Both the position numbers and the translations under genes were made by a program. DNA of 56,332 nt from a bacterium UBP4_UBA6127 (GTDB lineage Bacteria; UBP4; UBA4092), in the NCBI GenBank assembly GCA_002428325.1, contig DIVR01000077.1, forward strand, positions 1 to 56,332, read 5' to 3'. Under the pieces are notes generated by a model. The model saw only the letters and a program-made list of their open reading frames with translations, made no database searches and was not told the origin of the DNA. The number at the start of each line of letters is the position of its first letter. The stretch's first letter is position 1. Positions 16,754-28,512 of the stretch are shown here, one piece after another.

Positions 16754-19600
16754 ATGATTTTCTGTAAGAAGCTAATCGGTTTTATCATTTTCAACCTATT
16801 ATTGACCACCTTAACCTTAAGTGAGCCATTTTCATTACCGGAGGCGAAAGCTATCCGTTGGGATGGTCCAATAACGGTGGATGGGGATTTGTCGGAAGAT
16901 GGCTGGAAACAATCAGGATTTCCTTATCATTTAAACGATTATATTTCAGGTGAGGTCCCTGCAAATCCTACTGAATTTTCCATTTTATATAATAATGACA
17001 CCTTGTATTTTGGAATAATTTGCCATGAATCCAAAATGGATAAGACTCTTGGAAGCCACACGACAGATATGGATATTATCTATTTTGATGATGATATTGA
17101 AGTTTTCATTGTGCCATGGGAATCAACTCCGGAAGGTAAATTCCATCATTTTATGTTGAATATTGCCGGAGCCAGCGCCGCTGATTCATTGTCAAATTAT
17201 GGACATCCCGAAAGAGCCGACAGCCGAATGGTTCCCTGGGAAGGGAAAGTCCGGAAATATGCCGACCGATGGACGGCTGAATTTGCCATCCCTTTAAAGG
17301 TGCTTGTCCCGGCGATGGGTAATGAATCCTTTTGGCGGTTAAATATTGGCAGAAGTAATCCCTGGACCCATCAGTTTTCCAGTTGGTCCAAAACGACGGG
17401 CAGTTTTCATGACAGTCTGCGATATGGAAAATTGACTGGTATTGATTTTAATGGGAAATTCATCGGTTTTAAGACCGCGGTATCCCCTTTGATAAACACT
17501 ATCGCAACAGCTCCGGCAGTTTTCACCTTATCCACTGCAGCTTCTAAATATAAGCCGCCTGTCCAGATTATTCCTATTCCCTATCAGGTAAATTACAATC
17601 AACCGGATTTTGTTCTTAATACCGAAACCAAAATCCTTCTGGGAGAGAAAGCTCCGGAAGATAATTTGCAAGCAATTGATGACCTGAATCAGGAGTTGAA
17701 GGAATTATTCGGTTTTGAACTTCCGGTTCAACGTGTTAATGAAAATCAGATTGGCTTGATTAAAAATGCCATTATTCTGGGAGAGCCTGGGAAAAACCCT
17801 GTTTTGGATACCCTTCTTCAAAAAGAAAAGCTGAAAATCGATGCTGCTACTCCCGGACCAGAGGGATATATCCTCAAAACTTCTCCCCATAATGTTCTGG
17901 TAGCTGGCAGTGATGATGCAGGAACTTATTATGGAATTCAATCCCTCATTCAACTGCTCTATAAATCCTCTCGAGACGGCAAAATCCATGTCAAAGGGGT
18001 GAATGCCTGGGATAAGCCGGCATTCAAAGTTAGAATGGTTCATTTCTTCATTGATAAAGATTCTCCAGTCATTCATCGAAAAATGATCGAGAAAATCTTT
18101 GCCCGATATAAATATAATAATATTCTCATTGAAGCGGAGCATGGGGTTGCCTGGAAATCCCACTCCGAAATAACCTCTAAAAACGCCCTGGACCCTGAAG
18201 AAGTTACTAAACTGGTGAAATTTGCCAAGAGACATTACCTGACAGTGACACCTTTGATTCAATCCATGGGCCATGGTGCCTGGATGTTCCGATATGGGAA
18301 TAATCTGGATTTTGCGGAGGATTCCACTCGGCCGGACGTCTATTGTCCCCTGAATCCCAAATCCTATGATTTCCTCTTTGATATTATGGATGAGGCCATT
18401 GAGGTTTTTGACCATCCTGAATATATCCATATTGGTCATGATGAACATGACAACTATAATCCTTTCCCGGTACATCCTGAATGCAAAGCAGTGGGAGATG
18501 AACAGTTGTATTACATGGATACCATCCATATCTATCATCACCTCAAATCCAAGGGGATTAAATGTATGATGTGGACAGATGAGCTGGAAGGAAAATCATT
18601 CCATCCTTATCTGAATGCTTTACCCCGGAATATCCTGATGACTACCTGGAATTACCGGGACCTTAATGAATTCAGAAGCGTAGAATTTCTCCAGAAAAAA
18701 GGTTTCCAGGTGCTGGGATGCACTGCTCATCGGCCGATGAATATTGTTAATTTCAGTAAATGGGCAGAGAACCAAAAGGCTTTGGGGATGATGTTCACGA
18801 CCTGGGCCGGGTATGGCGACAACCGTACGGTGGTTGAGCGTGAATTCAAGCAAATCATGGCCTATATTATTCAGGCTGATTATGCCTGGAATCCCAACCA
18901 TAGATTCCCGGCTGAAAATGACAAGATAGGTACTCTTCCTTATTATCCCGGGCAGATTCTTCGGGAAATCTGGTATCCTGACTCTCGCAAACCTTTCTCA
19001 CGCTCAGGATTTGCCGTTAATTTAGCCTCTTATGCCAATACGCCTCTAGTGGATTCTGATAAGAAACCGGCTTTAGCAGGTTATGGAGTAGGCAATGATT
19101 TCTCCGCTCTGGCAGCGCAGGCAAAGAATGGCAATCTGCCTTTTATGGATAATAAATATTATCAACTGTCCTTTGCCAAGGGTATTCCTGTGGGGATTAT
19201 GCTGAAAGGACCCGGTTCAGCTAAATCTTTTCCTGATAAAGTAACCCATATCAAGATTGATCAGTATGCTTCCGAACTGAATTTTCTGCATACCCTCTTG
19301 CATCCGACAAAGAAAAATTTAAAAATCGGCCTTTATCGTATTCATTATGATGATGGAACGTTCCAAGAAATCTCCCTGATAAATTTTCAAAATATCACGG
19401 CCTGGACTGATTGGGAAACTTATTTCTATGGGGATATGGCATGGATAGGGGAATTGAAATCCAACGAATCTGTCATGCTCAGAGCTTATTGTTGGGTGAA
19501 CCCTTATCCCAGCAAGAAAATCCAATCCATTGATTTTGAAAGTGTGAACGGCGTTTCTTCTCCATTATTGTTAGCTATTTCAGGGGTATCTCCCCAATAA
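16754..19600 (+). CDS. secreted GH20-like glycoside hydrolase (beta-hexosaminidase-related/DUF4838-like) with N-terminal CBM9-like domain
   Basis: 948 aa with a signal peptide. GH20 domain-2-like segment ...GYILKTSPHNVLVAGSDDAGTYYGIQSLIQLL. TIM-barrel region containing ...HIGHDEH. CBM9-like N-terminus. Confidence 0.5.
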   Translation: MIFCKKLIGFIIFNLLLTTLTLSEPFSLPEAKAIRWDGPITVDGDLSEDGWKQSGFPYHLNDYISGEVPANPTEFSILYNNDTLYFGIICHESKMDKTLGSHTTDMDIIYFDDDIEVFIVPWESTPEGKFHHFMLNIAGASAADSLSNYGHPERADSRMVPWEGKVRKYADRWTAEFAIPLKVLVPAMGNESFWRLNIGRSNPWTHQFSSWSKTTGSFHDSLRYGKLTGIDFNGKFIGFKTAVSPLINTIATAPAVFTLSTAASKYKPPVQIIPIPYQVNYNQPDFVLNTETKILLGEKAPEDNLQAIDDLNQELKELFGFELPVQRVNENQIGLIKNAIILGEPGKNPVLDTLLQKEKLKIDAATPGPEGYILKTSPHNVLVAGSDDAGTYYGIQSLIQLLYKSSRDGKIHVKGVNAWDKPAFKVRMVHFFIDKDSPVIHRKMIEKIFARYKYNNILIEAEHGVAWKSHSEITSKNALDPEEVTKLVKFAKRHYLTVTPLIQSMGHGAWMFRYGNNLDFAEDSTRPDVYCPLNPKSYDFLFDIMDEAIEVFDHPEYIHIGHDEHDNYNPFPVHPECKAVGDEQLYYMDTIHIYHHLKSKGIKCMMWTDELEGKSFHPYLNALPRNILMTTWNYRDLNEFRSVEFLQKKGFQVLGCTAHRPMNIVNFSKWAENQKALGMMFTTWAGYGDNRTVVEREFKQIMAYIIQADYAWNPNHRFPAENDKIGTLPYYPGQILREIWYPDSRKPFSRSGFAVNLASYANTPLVDSDKKPALAGYGVGNDFSALAAQAKNGNLPFMDNKYYQLSFAKGIPVGIMLKGPGSAKSFPDKVTHIKIDQYASELNFLHTLLHPTKKNLKIGLYRIHYDDGTFQEISLINFQNITAWTDWETYFYGDMAWIGELKSNESVMLRAYCWVNPYPSKKIQSIDFESVNGVSSPLLLAISGVSPQ

Positions 19601-19625
19601 GATAAATTTCTCTATCCAATATTCC

Positions 19626-19659
19626 AGGAAGGGGCCTCAAGCCCCTTCCTGTTTTTTTA
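19626..19659 (+). terminator. rho-independent terminator after the GH20-like gene
   Basis: aggaaggggccucaagccccuuccuguuuuuuu. Confidence 0.7.
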
Positions 19660-19821
19660 TGTCTGTATTTTGAGCTATATCATCACTGGGGGTGAAGCTG
19701 TTTTGTAGAAATGCTTCATTCATAACGGGTGAGTCCGATGTTTTACCATTCATTCAGGAGTTAGGATTGCTGTTGCTGATGAACTAGTGTGTGCAATCAG
19801 GCAGGTAATAATACTAAAAAG

Positions 19822-19863
19822 AAAACCTCCTTTTCAAAGAGATAAATTCTAAAAAGGAGGTTT
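19822..19863 (-). terminator. rho-independent terminator after cysK
   Basis: Minus-strand stem aaaccuccuuuu...aaaaggagguuu followed by ucuuuuu. Confidence 0.55.
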
Positions 19864-19887
19864 AGATGCTTTTGAAAATGGATATCT

Positions 19888-20874
19888 TTATTCTTTAGCA
19901 AATTGCTGAATAACAGCCGGTTCATCACTGTCACCGGAAATATCGGCAAAAACCCAGGAGGAAAGGTATCTTTCCGCCATGGAGGGGATAATCACCACAA
20001 TGGTTTTATTCTTGTTTTCCGGCCGTTTTCCTGCCTGGATAGCGGCCCAGACAGCAGCTCCGCTGGAGATGCCGATGGGAATACCTTCTTGCCGAGCGAC
20101 TTTTTTTACCATCATCCCGGCATCGTCATCATTGACCTGAATGATCTCATCGATGATTTTTGTATCCAGGATTTTGGGGACAAAACCAGCACCGATACCT
20201 GCCAGTTTATGCAGGCCCGGTTTGCCACCGGATAAGACCGGTGAATTAGCCGGTTCCACTGCAATGGCTTTGAAAGAAGCCTTACGTTCTTTGATGACTT
20301 GGGAGATTCCGGTAATAGTTCCCCCGGTGCCGACTCCTGATACCAGGATATCCACCTTGCCATCGGTATCCTGCCAGATTTCTTCCGCCGTAGATTTTCG
20401 ATGGGCTTCAGGATTAGCCGGGTTTTCAAACTGCTGAGGAATGAAGGCATCCGGGATTCGTTTTGCCAGTTCCTCGGCTTTGTCCACAGCGCCCCGCATT
20501 CCTTTAGCTCCATCGGTCAGGACCACATAAGCTCCCAGGACTTTGAGAAGTTTTTTCCGTTCCAGGCTCATTGTCTCCGGCATTGTCAGGATGATTTTAT
20601 ATCCCTTGGCAGAAGCGGCAAAGGCCAATCCAATCCCGGTATTGCCGGAAGTAGGCTCAATCAGAACCGTTTTCCCAGGGGTGATTTTACCTTCCCTTTC
20701 CGCCGTTTCCAGCATGAATAAACCAATTCGGTCCTTGACAGAATTCAGGGGATTAAAAAACTCCAGTTTCAGGAGAATATCTGCCACCACTCCATATTCT
20801 TTGGGTATCCGGGTCATCCGGACCAGGGGTGTCTTTCCGATAGTTTCAGTGATATTGTTAAAGATTCTTGCCAT
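19888..20874 (-). CDS. cysK: cysteine synthase / O-acetylserine sulfhydrylase (PLP-dependent, CysK/CysM family)
   Basis: [18 protein letters not shown] Lys-PLP region and glycine-rich loops. RBS gagagg. Confidence 0.8.
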   Translation of the reverse strand: MARIFNNITETIGKTPLVRMTRIPKEYGVVADILLKLEFFNPLNSVKDRIGLFMLETAEREGKITPGKTVLIEPTSGNTGIGLAFAASAKGYKIILTMPETMSLERKKLLKVLGAYVVLTDGAKGMRGAVDKAEELAKRIPDAFIPQQFENPANPEAHRKSTAEEIWQDTDGKVDILVSGVGTGGTITGISQVIKERKASFKAIAVEPANSPVLSGGKPGLHKLAGIGAGFVPKILDTKIIDEIIQVNDDDAGMMVKKVARQEGIPIGISSGAAVWAAIQAGKRPENKNKTIVVIIPSMAERYLSSWVFADISGDSDEPAVIQQFAKE

Positions 20875-20971
20875 TATGCTTACCTCTCTGTTCTTTAGAG
20901 TTCGAAGCAGGGTTTCTATGCTTCAATCATCTTATCGCCAATTATCTTTATTGCCAAACCTAGAGGATTTA

Positions 20972-22102
20972 TTATCCCAGGGCTTGTTCTAAATCTTTCT
21001 TTAAATCATCCAGATGCTCAATGCCGATGGATAACCGAAGCAGGTTATCCTGAATCCCTCGATGTTTTCTCTCTTCTGCTGAAAGGGAAGCGTGGGTCAT
21101 TTCCGGGGGATAACACACCAGGGATTCCACTCCCCCTAAACTTTCTGCCAGTAGAAAAATTTTAAAACGGGAGATTACTTTTTCGGTTGCCGGGAACCCC
21201 CCTTTGACCTCAAAACTGACCATTCCCCCGAATCCTCTCATCTGTTTATGGGCTACCTCATAATCAGGAGAATCTTTCAATCCCGGATAATAGACTCGTT
21301 CCACCTTGGGATGGGATTGTAGGAATTCCGCCAGGGCCTGGGCATTTTTCTCATGCTCCCGCATCCGGACAGAAAGGGTTTTGACACCTCTTAAGGTCAG
21401 CCAGCAATCCCAGGGAGCCGGGACCCCTCCAGCGGCATTCTGGATAAATTTCACTCTCTCATAATAATCAGGATTGGAAGTAATCACCGCTCCGCCAATC
21501 ACATCACTATGGCCTCCCAGATATTTAGTGGTGCTGTGGACGACAATATCCGCTCCCAGCCCCAAGGGATTCTGGAAATATGGTGAAGCAAAGGTATTAT
21601 CCACGGCCAGAATAACTTTTTCTTCATGGCAGATTTCCGCTACCTTCTGAATATCCATCACATGCAGCAAGGGGTTGGTGGGTGACTCTATCCAGACCAT
21701 CCGGGTACTGGGATTGATTTTCTTATTCAAATCAGCGATATCTTTAAAATAGTCGGTTTGGAGTCCCCAGGGTTTAAAGACTTTTTCCAGGAGCCGGAAA
21801 GTCCCCCCATACAGGTCTTCTCCGGCCAGCACCTGGTCGCCGGGTTTCAGGAGCCGAAGCACAGCATCCGTAGCCGCCAACCCGGAAGCAAAAGCCAATC
21901 CATAAGCTCCGCCCTCCAGAGAAGCCAGGGCTTCTTCAAGAGCGCTCCGAGTCGGATTCCCAGTCCGGGAATACTCATATCCTTTATGTTTTCCAATGGC
22001 TTCCTGCTGATAGGTAGTGGTTTGATAGACAGGAACAATCACCGCTCCGGTGGTGAACTCCGGTTCTTGTCCCTCATGAATTGCTCTGGTTTCAAATTTC
22101 AT
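20972..22102 (-). CDS. cystathionine gamma-synthase/beta-lyase family PLP enzyme (transsulfuration)
   Basis: Cys/Met-metabolism PLP fold. Preferred start MKFETRAIHEG at 22102 with RBS aaggag. Confidence 0.8.
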   Translation of the reverse strand: MKFETRAIHEGQEPEFTTGAVIVPVYQTTTYQQEAIGKHKGYEYSRTGNPTRSALEEALASLEGGAYGLAFASGLAATDAVLRLLKPGDQVLAGEDLYGGTFRLLEKVFKPWGLQTDYFKDIADLNKKINPSTRMVWIESPTNPLLHVMDIQKVAEICHEEKVILAVDNTFASPYFQNPLGLGADIVVHSTTKYLGGHSDVIGGAVITSNPDYYERVKFIQNAAGGVPAPWDCWLTLRGVKTLSVRMREHEKNAQALAEFLQSHPKVERVYYPGLKDSPDYEVAHKQMRGFGGMVSFEVKGGFPATEKVISRFKIFLLAESLGGVESLVCYPPEMTHASLSAEERKHRGIQDNLLRLSIGIEHLDDLKKDLEQALG

Positions 22103-22366
22103 TTTCTTGGTACTCCTTTTTCTGATAGACCCGAGAATCAATCAGGTCCCTTTGGGTTAATTACACCCCCAAGTCTGTTATCTTCTTTTACCATGATACC
22201 CGAAGCCCCTGAAAAAAGGATATGGTAAGTTTTATTTGAATTTGTGGCCGTTTCCCTTAAAGATAAAAGTATCTCCCGGTAGGAAACAGGCTAATCCAGT
22301 TCAATTTCATTATCTGGATATTTCCAGGCTGATTGCCGCTTCTCTGTTTTTGCTCCGGAGCCTGGT

Positions 22367-23680
<1,314 letters not shown>

Positions 23681-23744
23681 TTATCTAATACGGTTAATGA
23701 AAATGGATGGGGAGTTTCCACTTCTCGGGAGAACTCCCCATTGA

Positions 23745-24602
23745 TTAAAATTGGATTTGAGCGCTGAGGACGAAACCATCTCCCAGTCCTACTTTGCTGT
23801 TGGAATTCTCATCTCCGGCATTAATATAGGCCCCTATCAAGGAGATGTTCTGATTCGGGAAGAATATAAGATGAGCATCCCAGTAGTCAGCGTTTTTGAA
23901 AGAATCAAACCGGGCACCCTGGCGGTATTCCACACCCGCAGCGACTTTTTCATGTAAAACCACATCCAGATTGGCAAAACCCACCAGATCCCGGTCATTA
24001 TCATAACCAAAAACACCCAGGGTTCTTCCATCCGTGGATAAGATTCCCCCGGAAAGAAGTAAGGGTTTGGGAGTTTCTTTAATGAGTTTGGTGGTTACCA
24101 GGTAGAAGTCACTTCCTGTATCATCGACACCGTCTTGAGTATTATCAGTCTTTTTCAGGATAGCGCCGACCGCTAGAGCGGGAATAAAATTCTTATCCCA
24201 CTGATTTTCTTTGATGAGCAATGCTTTGACACCAAGGTTATCTTTCCTAATATGGGTACCGCCGGAAGGAGAAATAATCTCATGCGCATAAGAGATTTCC
24301 ACTCGATCAAAAAGGGTTTCAGCGATACTGATGCTGTTCCAGTCAACATCCACATCCCCTAAATTGACATACCAGGTCCCAATTTGGGGTTTGTTGAATA
24401 TTTGTGAAAAATCCAGTTGCTTCTCGGTAGGGGGTTCCTCTTTATCTCCCCAGGGGGTGCCTGCTGTATAAGCAAAAGGATTAAGGGCCGCTCCTCCTGG
24501 ACCTTCTACTGAATTAAAGGGTAATCCTGCATAACTTGAGGTGGCTCCCAGGAGAGCCAGGGTGATTAATAAGGACCGATAGGTCCATTTGTGTGCTTCC
24601 AT
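23745..24602 (-). CDS. outer-membrane beta-barrel protein (putative porin/channel, signal peptide, C-terminal F)
   Basis: 285 aa with a signal peptide. Alternating beta pattern. Terminal ...LSAQIQF. Confidence 0.5.
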   Translation of the reverse strand: MEAHKWTYRSLLITLALLGATSSYAGLPFNSVEGPGGAALNPFAYTAGTPWGDKEEPPTEKQLDFSQIFNKPQIGTWYVNLGDVDVDWNSISIAETLFDRVEISYAHEIISPSGGTHIRKDNLGVKALLIKENQWDKNFIPALAVGAILKKTDNTQDGVDDTGSDFYLVTTKLIKETPKPLLLSGGILSTDGRTLGVFGYDNDRDLVGFANLDVVLHEKVAAGVEYRQGARFDSFKNADYWDAHLIFFPNQNISLIGAYINAGDENSNSKVGLGDGFVLSAQIQF

Positions 24603-24986
24603 GATTTGTTTTTCCTTTTAATTTTCCAATGGGTTTTGGGTGAAAGGTATGGGAAAGACTTGATTTCCTGTTAAGGCAACAGCGGTTTTTCCCGATTCCG
24701 GGATTCAGGTTTCCTGTTTCAGTATTACAGCCTGCTCCCTTCCCTGTTTTATTCATGGCAGGGTCCATTAGCTCATTCGACAACAATATCTCATCTCTGG
24801 CTTCTCCTTTCTTTCGGCTTTCACTCCCGCCGACTCCTGTTGTTCGAGCCGGATTTCCCCTGTCTCTCCTGGGTAACACCGCTTCTCCCGGTACGGGCCG
24901 CCGAATTTCTCTTTTATTAAAGTAACTACTGTAAGTCTATGGTATTAGTATGGAATGCTTTTCAAAAAAAAGCCCTTACTTCTAAC

Positions 24987-25436
24987 TCAAATAAAATAAA
25001 CATCCGGATTTGATTCATCCATCTTTGCCGGAGTTCCGGTAACATCTGCCAGAGTGGTATTATCCAGAATATCGGAGACGGCTTCTCGGACCCTTCGCAT
25101 GATTATCTGAAAACGGCAAAAGGTTTCCTCTGTGCAGGGCTGATATTGTTTGACACTTACACAGCCGATAGGTGACAGGCTCCCCTCAAATACCCGGATG
25201 ACTTCGCCAAAGGTAATCTTATCCGGGGACCGGGAGAGGGTATATCCCCCGTTTTGCCCTGATTTGGCCGTTATTATCCCGGCATTCTTCAGCTCTCTTA
25301 ATATCTGTTCCAAGAATTTCTCGGGAATGGAATGATTCTGGGATATTTCTTTGGTTTGGACTAACCGCTGGTTATAATTCATCGATAAATCCATTAATGC
25401 CCTCAGAGCATAATCCCCTTTTGCTGATAACTTCAT
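24987..25436 (-). CDS. Rrf2-family transcriptional regulator with three-Cys motif (IscR/NsrR-like)
   Basis: MKLSAKGDYALRALMDLS winged helix. C-x9-C-x5-C (GCVSVKQYQPCTEETFC). Confidence 0.75.
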   Translation of the reverse strand: MKLSAKGDYALRALMDLSMNYNQRLVQTKEISQNHSIPEKFLEQILRELKNAGIITAKSGQNGGYTLSRSPDKITFGEVIRVFEGSLSPIGCVSVKQYQPCTEETFCRFQIIMRRVREAVSDILDNTTLADVTGTPAKMDESNPDVYFI

Positions 25437-25518
25437 TCCGTCTTTTCCCTTCTCTCTGACTCGATTTCTTTTATATTATTTCCATTCTATAGTTTCCCTA
25501 TATACTTTGTCAACATAC

Positions 25519-25544
25519 TGACCGAAAAAAAAGTTCTTCGGTCA
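25519..25544. promoter_or_regulatory. perfect 8-bp inverted repeat TGACCGAA-N10-TTCGGTCA in the Rrf2/LVIVD divergent intergenic region (candidate operator)
   Basis: Seen in the sequence. It resembles the TGACA..TGTCA palindrome family. Confidence 0.35.
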
Positions 25545-25580
25545 AAAAAGGGGGAAAACAGCCAAGTAAATACGGAGGAG

Positions 25581-25660
25581 AAACGGAGAGGGACCCAGGC
25601 TGATGGCAACAGGCTGGGTCAAACCCCGGGAAAGGAAAAAATAAAATATTTAAATAAAAA
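25581..25660 (+). other. conserved hairpin-containing non-coding element, copy 2
   Basis: aaacggagagGGACCCAGGCTgatggcaacAGgCTGGGTCaaaccccgggaaagg aaaaaataaaata. It aligns with copy 1 across its whole length. Confidence 0.6.
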
Positions 25661-25753
25661 AAATATTTTGTAAGGTTTAGGCGAGAGAACCCCTCTAATA
25701 GGATAGAAACAAGGAATCAATAAATTATAAATAATCAATCAAGAGGAGAGGTT

Positions 25754-28288
25754 ATGCCGATGAAAGAGCAGACTGTTTTTAAGAAGGCCCGATATTGGCT
25801 GACCGGAATCGGAATCTCCGGTTTAGTGCTATTCATCCTGACGGGATTTGGGTATCAGTCGGGAGAGGGAGAATTAAAACAACTAGGACAAATTCCGGGA
25901 TATTGCCAGTATGTGGTCCTTGAAGGGAATTATGCCTATCAGGCGGATGGAGCTGGACTTAGTATTGTCGATATCAGCGACCCGGAGAATCCTGTCAAAA
26001 AAGGGAGCCTGAACTTATCAGAAAGGCCTGTTTCTCTGGAAATCAGCGGTAATTATGCCTATATTGCCAATGGCCGGACGGGGATGAAAGTGATAGATAT
26101 TTCCAATCCCGAAGCTCCGGTTGAGAAAGCCACCCTGGATACTCCCGGTTTCTTGAATCAGGTCAAAATCAGGGGAAGCTACGCTTATCTGGCTGATGAT
26201 GTCCAAGGATTGGAAGTAGCCAACATCTCAGACCCTCTGAATCCATCCATTCTCACCACCTGCAACACTCCGGGACAGGCTCGGAGAATTGCCTTCAGGG
26301 ATAATTATCTGGTTCTATCGGATTACAGGGGTGGAATGAGGCTTTTTGACATCACGACAGCATCTTCCCCTTTGGAAGTTTCTTCCCTGGTTACTACCAG
26401 GGCCCTCCTGAATACCGCTATCTCGGGAAGATGGGCTTATTTAGCCTGGGATAATGATGAATTATGGGTAGTGGACCTTGAGAATCCCCTCAGTCCGATA
26501 GTTACCAACACAACAATCACCCCTAATATTGTGGATGACTTACAAGTGGTAGGAAATCGGCTCTATACGGTAGGCGGAGAAGGGGAATTCCGGCAGTTTG
26601 ATATTTCTACTCCAGCCGATCCCCAGGAACTCAGCTGCCTGGAAATAGGCGGAAAAATGGCCTGCCTATCCATGAATGGGACCCTTGCCGGGATTGCTAA
26701 CCTGGACCATGGGCTGCAACTGGTCAGCTTGGAAAACCCAGCTCTGCCTGCTATCAAAGGCTTTTATAATATGGCTCGTTATATCTGGGATGTGAAATCC
26801 AATGAAGATTATGCCTTTGTTTCAGACCTCTTTCATCATTTCCGGATTTTTGACATTCGAAATCCCGATAAGCCGGTTCAAGTTTCCGCATTGAAACTTG
26901 AAAGTATACCTTTAAAAATGGCATACCAGGGACAGTATGTTTACCTCTGTAATAATGAAAGCGGGTTGAGAATTATCGATGTCTCCCGGCCGGAAAATCC
27001 ATGGATTGTTGGGAATTATATACCCTCTGCTGAAACGTGCCGAGCTTCTCAATTCTATGATGTGGCTCTCTATGGAAATAAGGCCCTGATATCCGATATG
27101 AATTATGGATTAAGGATTCTTGATGTCAGCAACCCGGCCCAGCCCCAGGAATTGGGCCATTACGCTGATAATTCCTCTAAGGGTTTCAGAGGCATTGCTG
27201 TCAAAGACTCTTATGCTCTGGTAGCAGACTATCCTAATGGATTAAAAATATTTGATATTTCCACCGCTTCTCAGCCCGTGCTGGTGGGAAAATGGGGTGC
27301 CAGGACCACGGTCCAATACTACGGGTCGAACAATATGGCTATGGATGTGGCAGTGAAAGGTAATTTTGCTTACCTGGCCAGTAGAAACTTAGGAATCTCT
27401 GTCTTGAACATTATTGACCCCACCCAACCTCAGCTGGTCAGTATTTATACCAGTTACTCACGGTTGACTGCTATATCGATAGAAATCGATGGGAATTATG
27501 CGTATGTCGGTATGGGAGATAATGGTCTCATGATATTGGATATTACCAATCCGGCCAATCTGAAAGAAGTGGCAACTGCTCCTACTTCCGGATTCCTGCG
27601 GAATGGATTCATCAATGCTTACAAGAACTTCTTAACCGCTGAAGGTCTGGGGGGAATGCGTATTTTCCAATATCAGCCAACTGATTTTGTGGCAACGCCC
27701 TCTAATCTGGTTTGTTATTCTCCTTCCTCTACCGAGAACCAGCTTTATTGGAAAGATAATGCGGATAATGAATCCCATTTTATTCTGGAGAGCCATAATG
27801 GGGATGGTAATTTTCAAGGGATAGCCCAGATACCGGCTAATTCTACCTCTTTCCGAATTACCGGGCTGACAACAGGACTTCCTTATTACTATCGTCTTTA
27901 TGCCCGCAACAGCAGTTATCTATCCGGGTATTCCAATACAGCCGCCTCCGTCCCGGGAGCTCCCAAAGCGCCGACAGAGCTTTATGCCCTCTCCCTGGAC
28001 AGCGGGTCCTATCATCTTTATTGGACGGATAATTCCAATAATGAAACGGGATTTGAACTGGAAGTCCAGCTCGACAGGGGAGAATGGAAATCATTAATGG
28101 TTCTTCCTGCCAATAAGACAGATTATACATTCTATAACCTGGCGAAATGCCATACCTATGCTTTCAGGGTAAAGTCAGTGAATACCCTGGGAACCTCAGA
28201 ACCCAGTAATGAAGTCTTGCTCTATGTAGCAGAAGGAATTACCGGAGTGCCTGAGGCCCATTGGAGATATCTGAATAATCCTGAATAG
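25754..28288 (+). CDS. LVIVD-repeat beta-propeller protein with C-terminal fibronectin type III domains
   Basis: Repeats of the form YAYxADxxxGLxIxDIS(N/D)PxxP. C-terminal FN3-like segments. N-terminal anchor. Confidence 0.7.
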   Translation: MPMKEQTVFKKARYWLTGIGISGLVLFILTGFGYQSGEGELKQLGQIPGYCQYVVLEGNYAYQADGAGLSIVDISDPENPVKKGSLNLSERPVSLEISGNYAYIANGRTGMKVIDISNPEAPVEKATLDTPGFLNQVKIRGSYAYLADDVQGLEVANISDPLNPSILTTCNTPGQARRIAFRDNYLVLSDYRGGMRLFDITTASSPLEVSSLVTTRALLNTAISGRWAYLAWDNDELWVVDLENPLSPIVTNTTITPNIVDDLQVVGNRLYTVGGEGEFRQFDISTPADPQELSCLEIGGKMACLSMNGTLAGIANLDHGLQLVSLENPALPAIKGFYNMARYIWDVKSNEDYAFVSDLFHHFRIFDIRNPDKPVQVSALKLESIPLKMAYQGQYVYLCNNESGLRIIDVSRPENPWIVGNYIPSAETCRASQFYDVALYGNKALISDMNYGLRILDVSNPAQPQELGHYADNSSKGFRGIAVKDSYALVADYPNGLKIFDISTASQPVLVGKWGARTTVQYYGSNNMAMDVAVKGNFAYLASRNLGISVLNIIDPTQPQLVSIYTSYSRLTAISIEIDGNYAYVGMGDNGLMILDITNPANLKEVATAPTSGFLRNGFINAYKNFLTAEGLGGMRIFQYQPTDFVATPSNLVCYSPSSTENQLYWKDNADNESHFILESHNGDGNFQGIAQIPANSTSFRITGLTTGLPYYYRLYARNSSYLSGYSNTAASVPGAPKAPTELYALSLDSGSYHLYWTDNSNNETGFELEVQLDRGEWKSLMVLPANKTDYTFYNLAKCHTYAFRVKSVNTLGTSEPSNEVLLYVAEGITGVPEAHWRYLNNPE

Positions 28289-28339
28289 ATAACTTCGGGG
28301 ATGAATAATCCCCGAAACAATTAGCCCCCCTCCCAAGCC

Positions 28340-28385
28340 GGGTGTATCGAGCAAGTCCGACACCCGGCTTTTCCTGTTTTTCCCT
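28340..28385 (+). terminator. rho-independent terminator after the LVIVD gene
   Basis: agccgggugu...acacccggcu followed by uuuccuguuuuu. Confidence 0.55.
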
Positions 28386-28512
28386 ATTTTGGATTAACCT
28401 GGACACCTTGTTTGACAGATTGTCATCCCTGTATTACCTTAATCTGGTATGTTTTAGCGATGCGTTATTCCTGTTTCATCTAAATTGAATCCATTGATTG
28501 GAGAGGTTTATC

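Noticed and set aside
17705-18541. 278-aa minus-strand ORF inside the GH20-like gene
   Set aside because: It is antisense to a 948-aa gene with clear domain structure. Its composition is typical of a reverse-frame artefact.
24603-24986. Possible SAM riboswitch upstream of the outer-membrane barrel / sulfur gene cluster
   Set aside because: I could not fit the SAM-I consensus (UUAUCAAGAGNGG...GGCCC..GAARCC) or SAM-II to either strand. It is kept only as an unexplained long leader in the findings.
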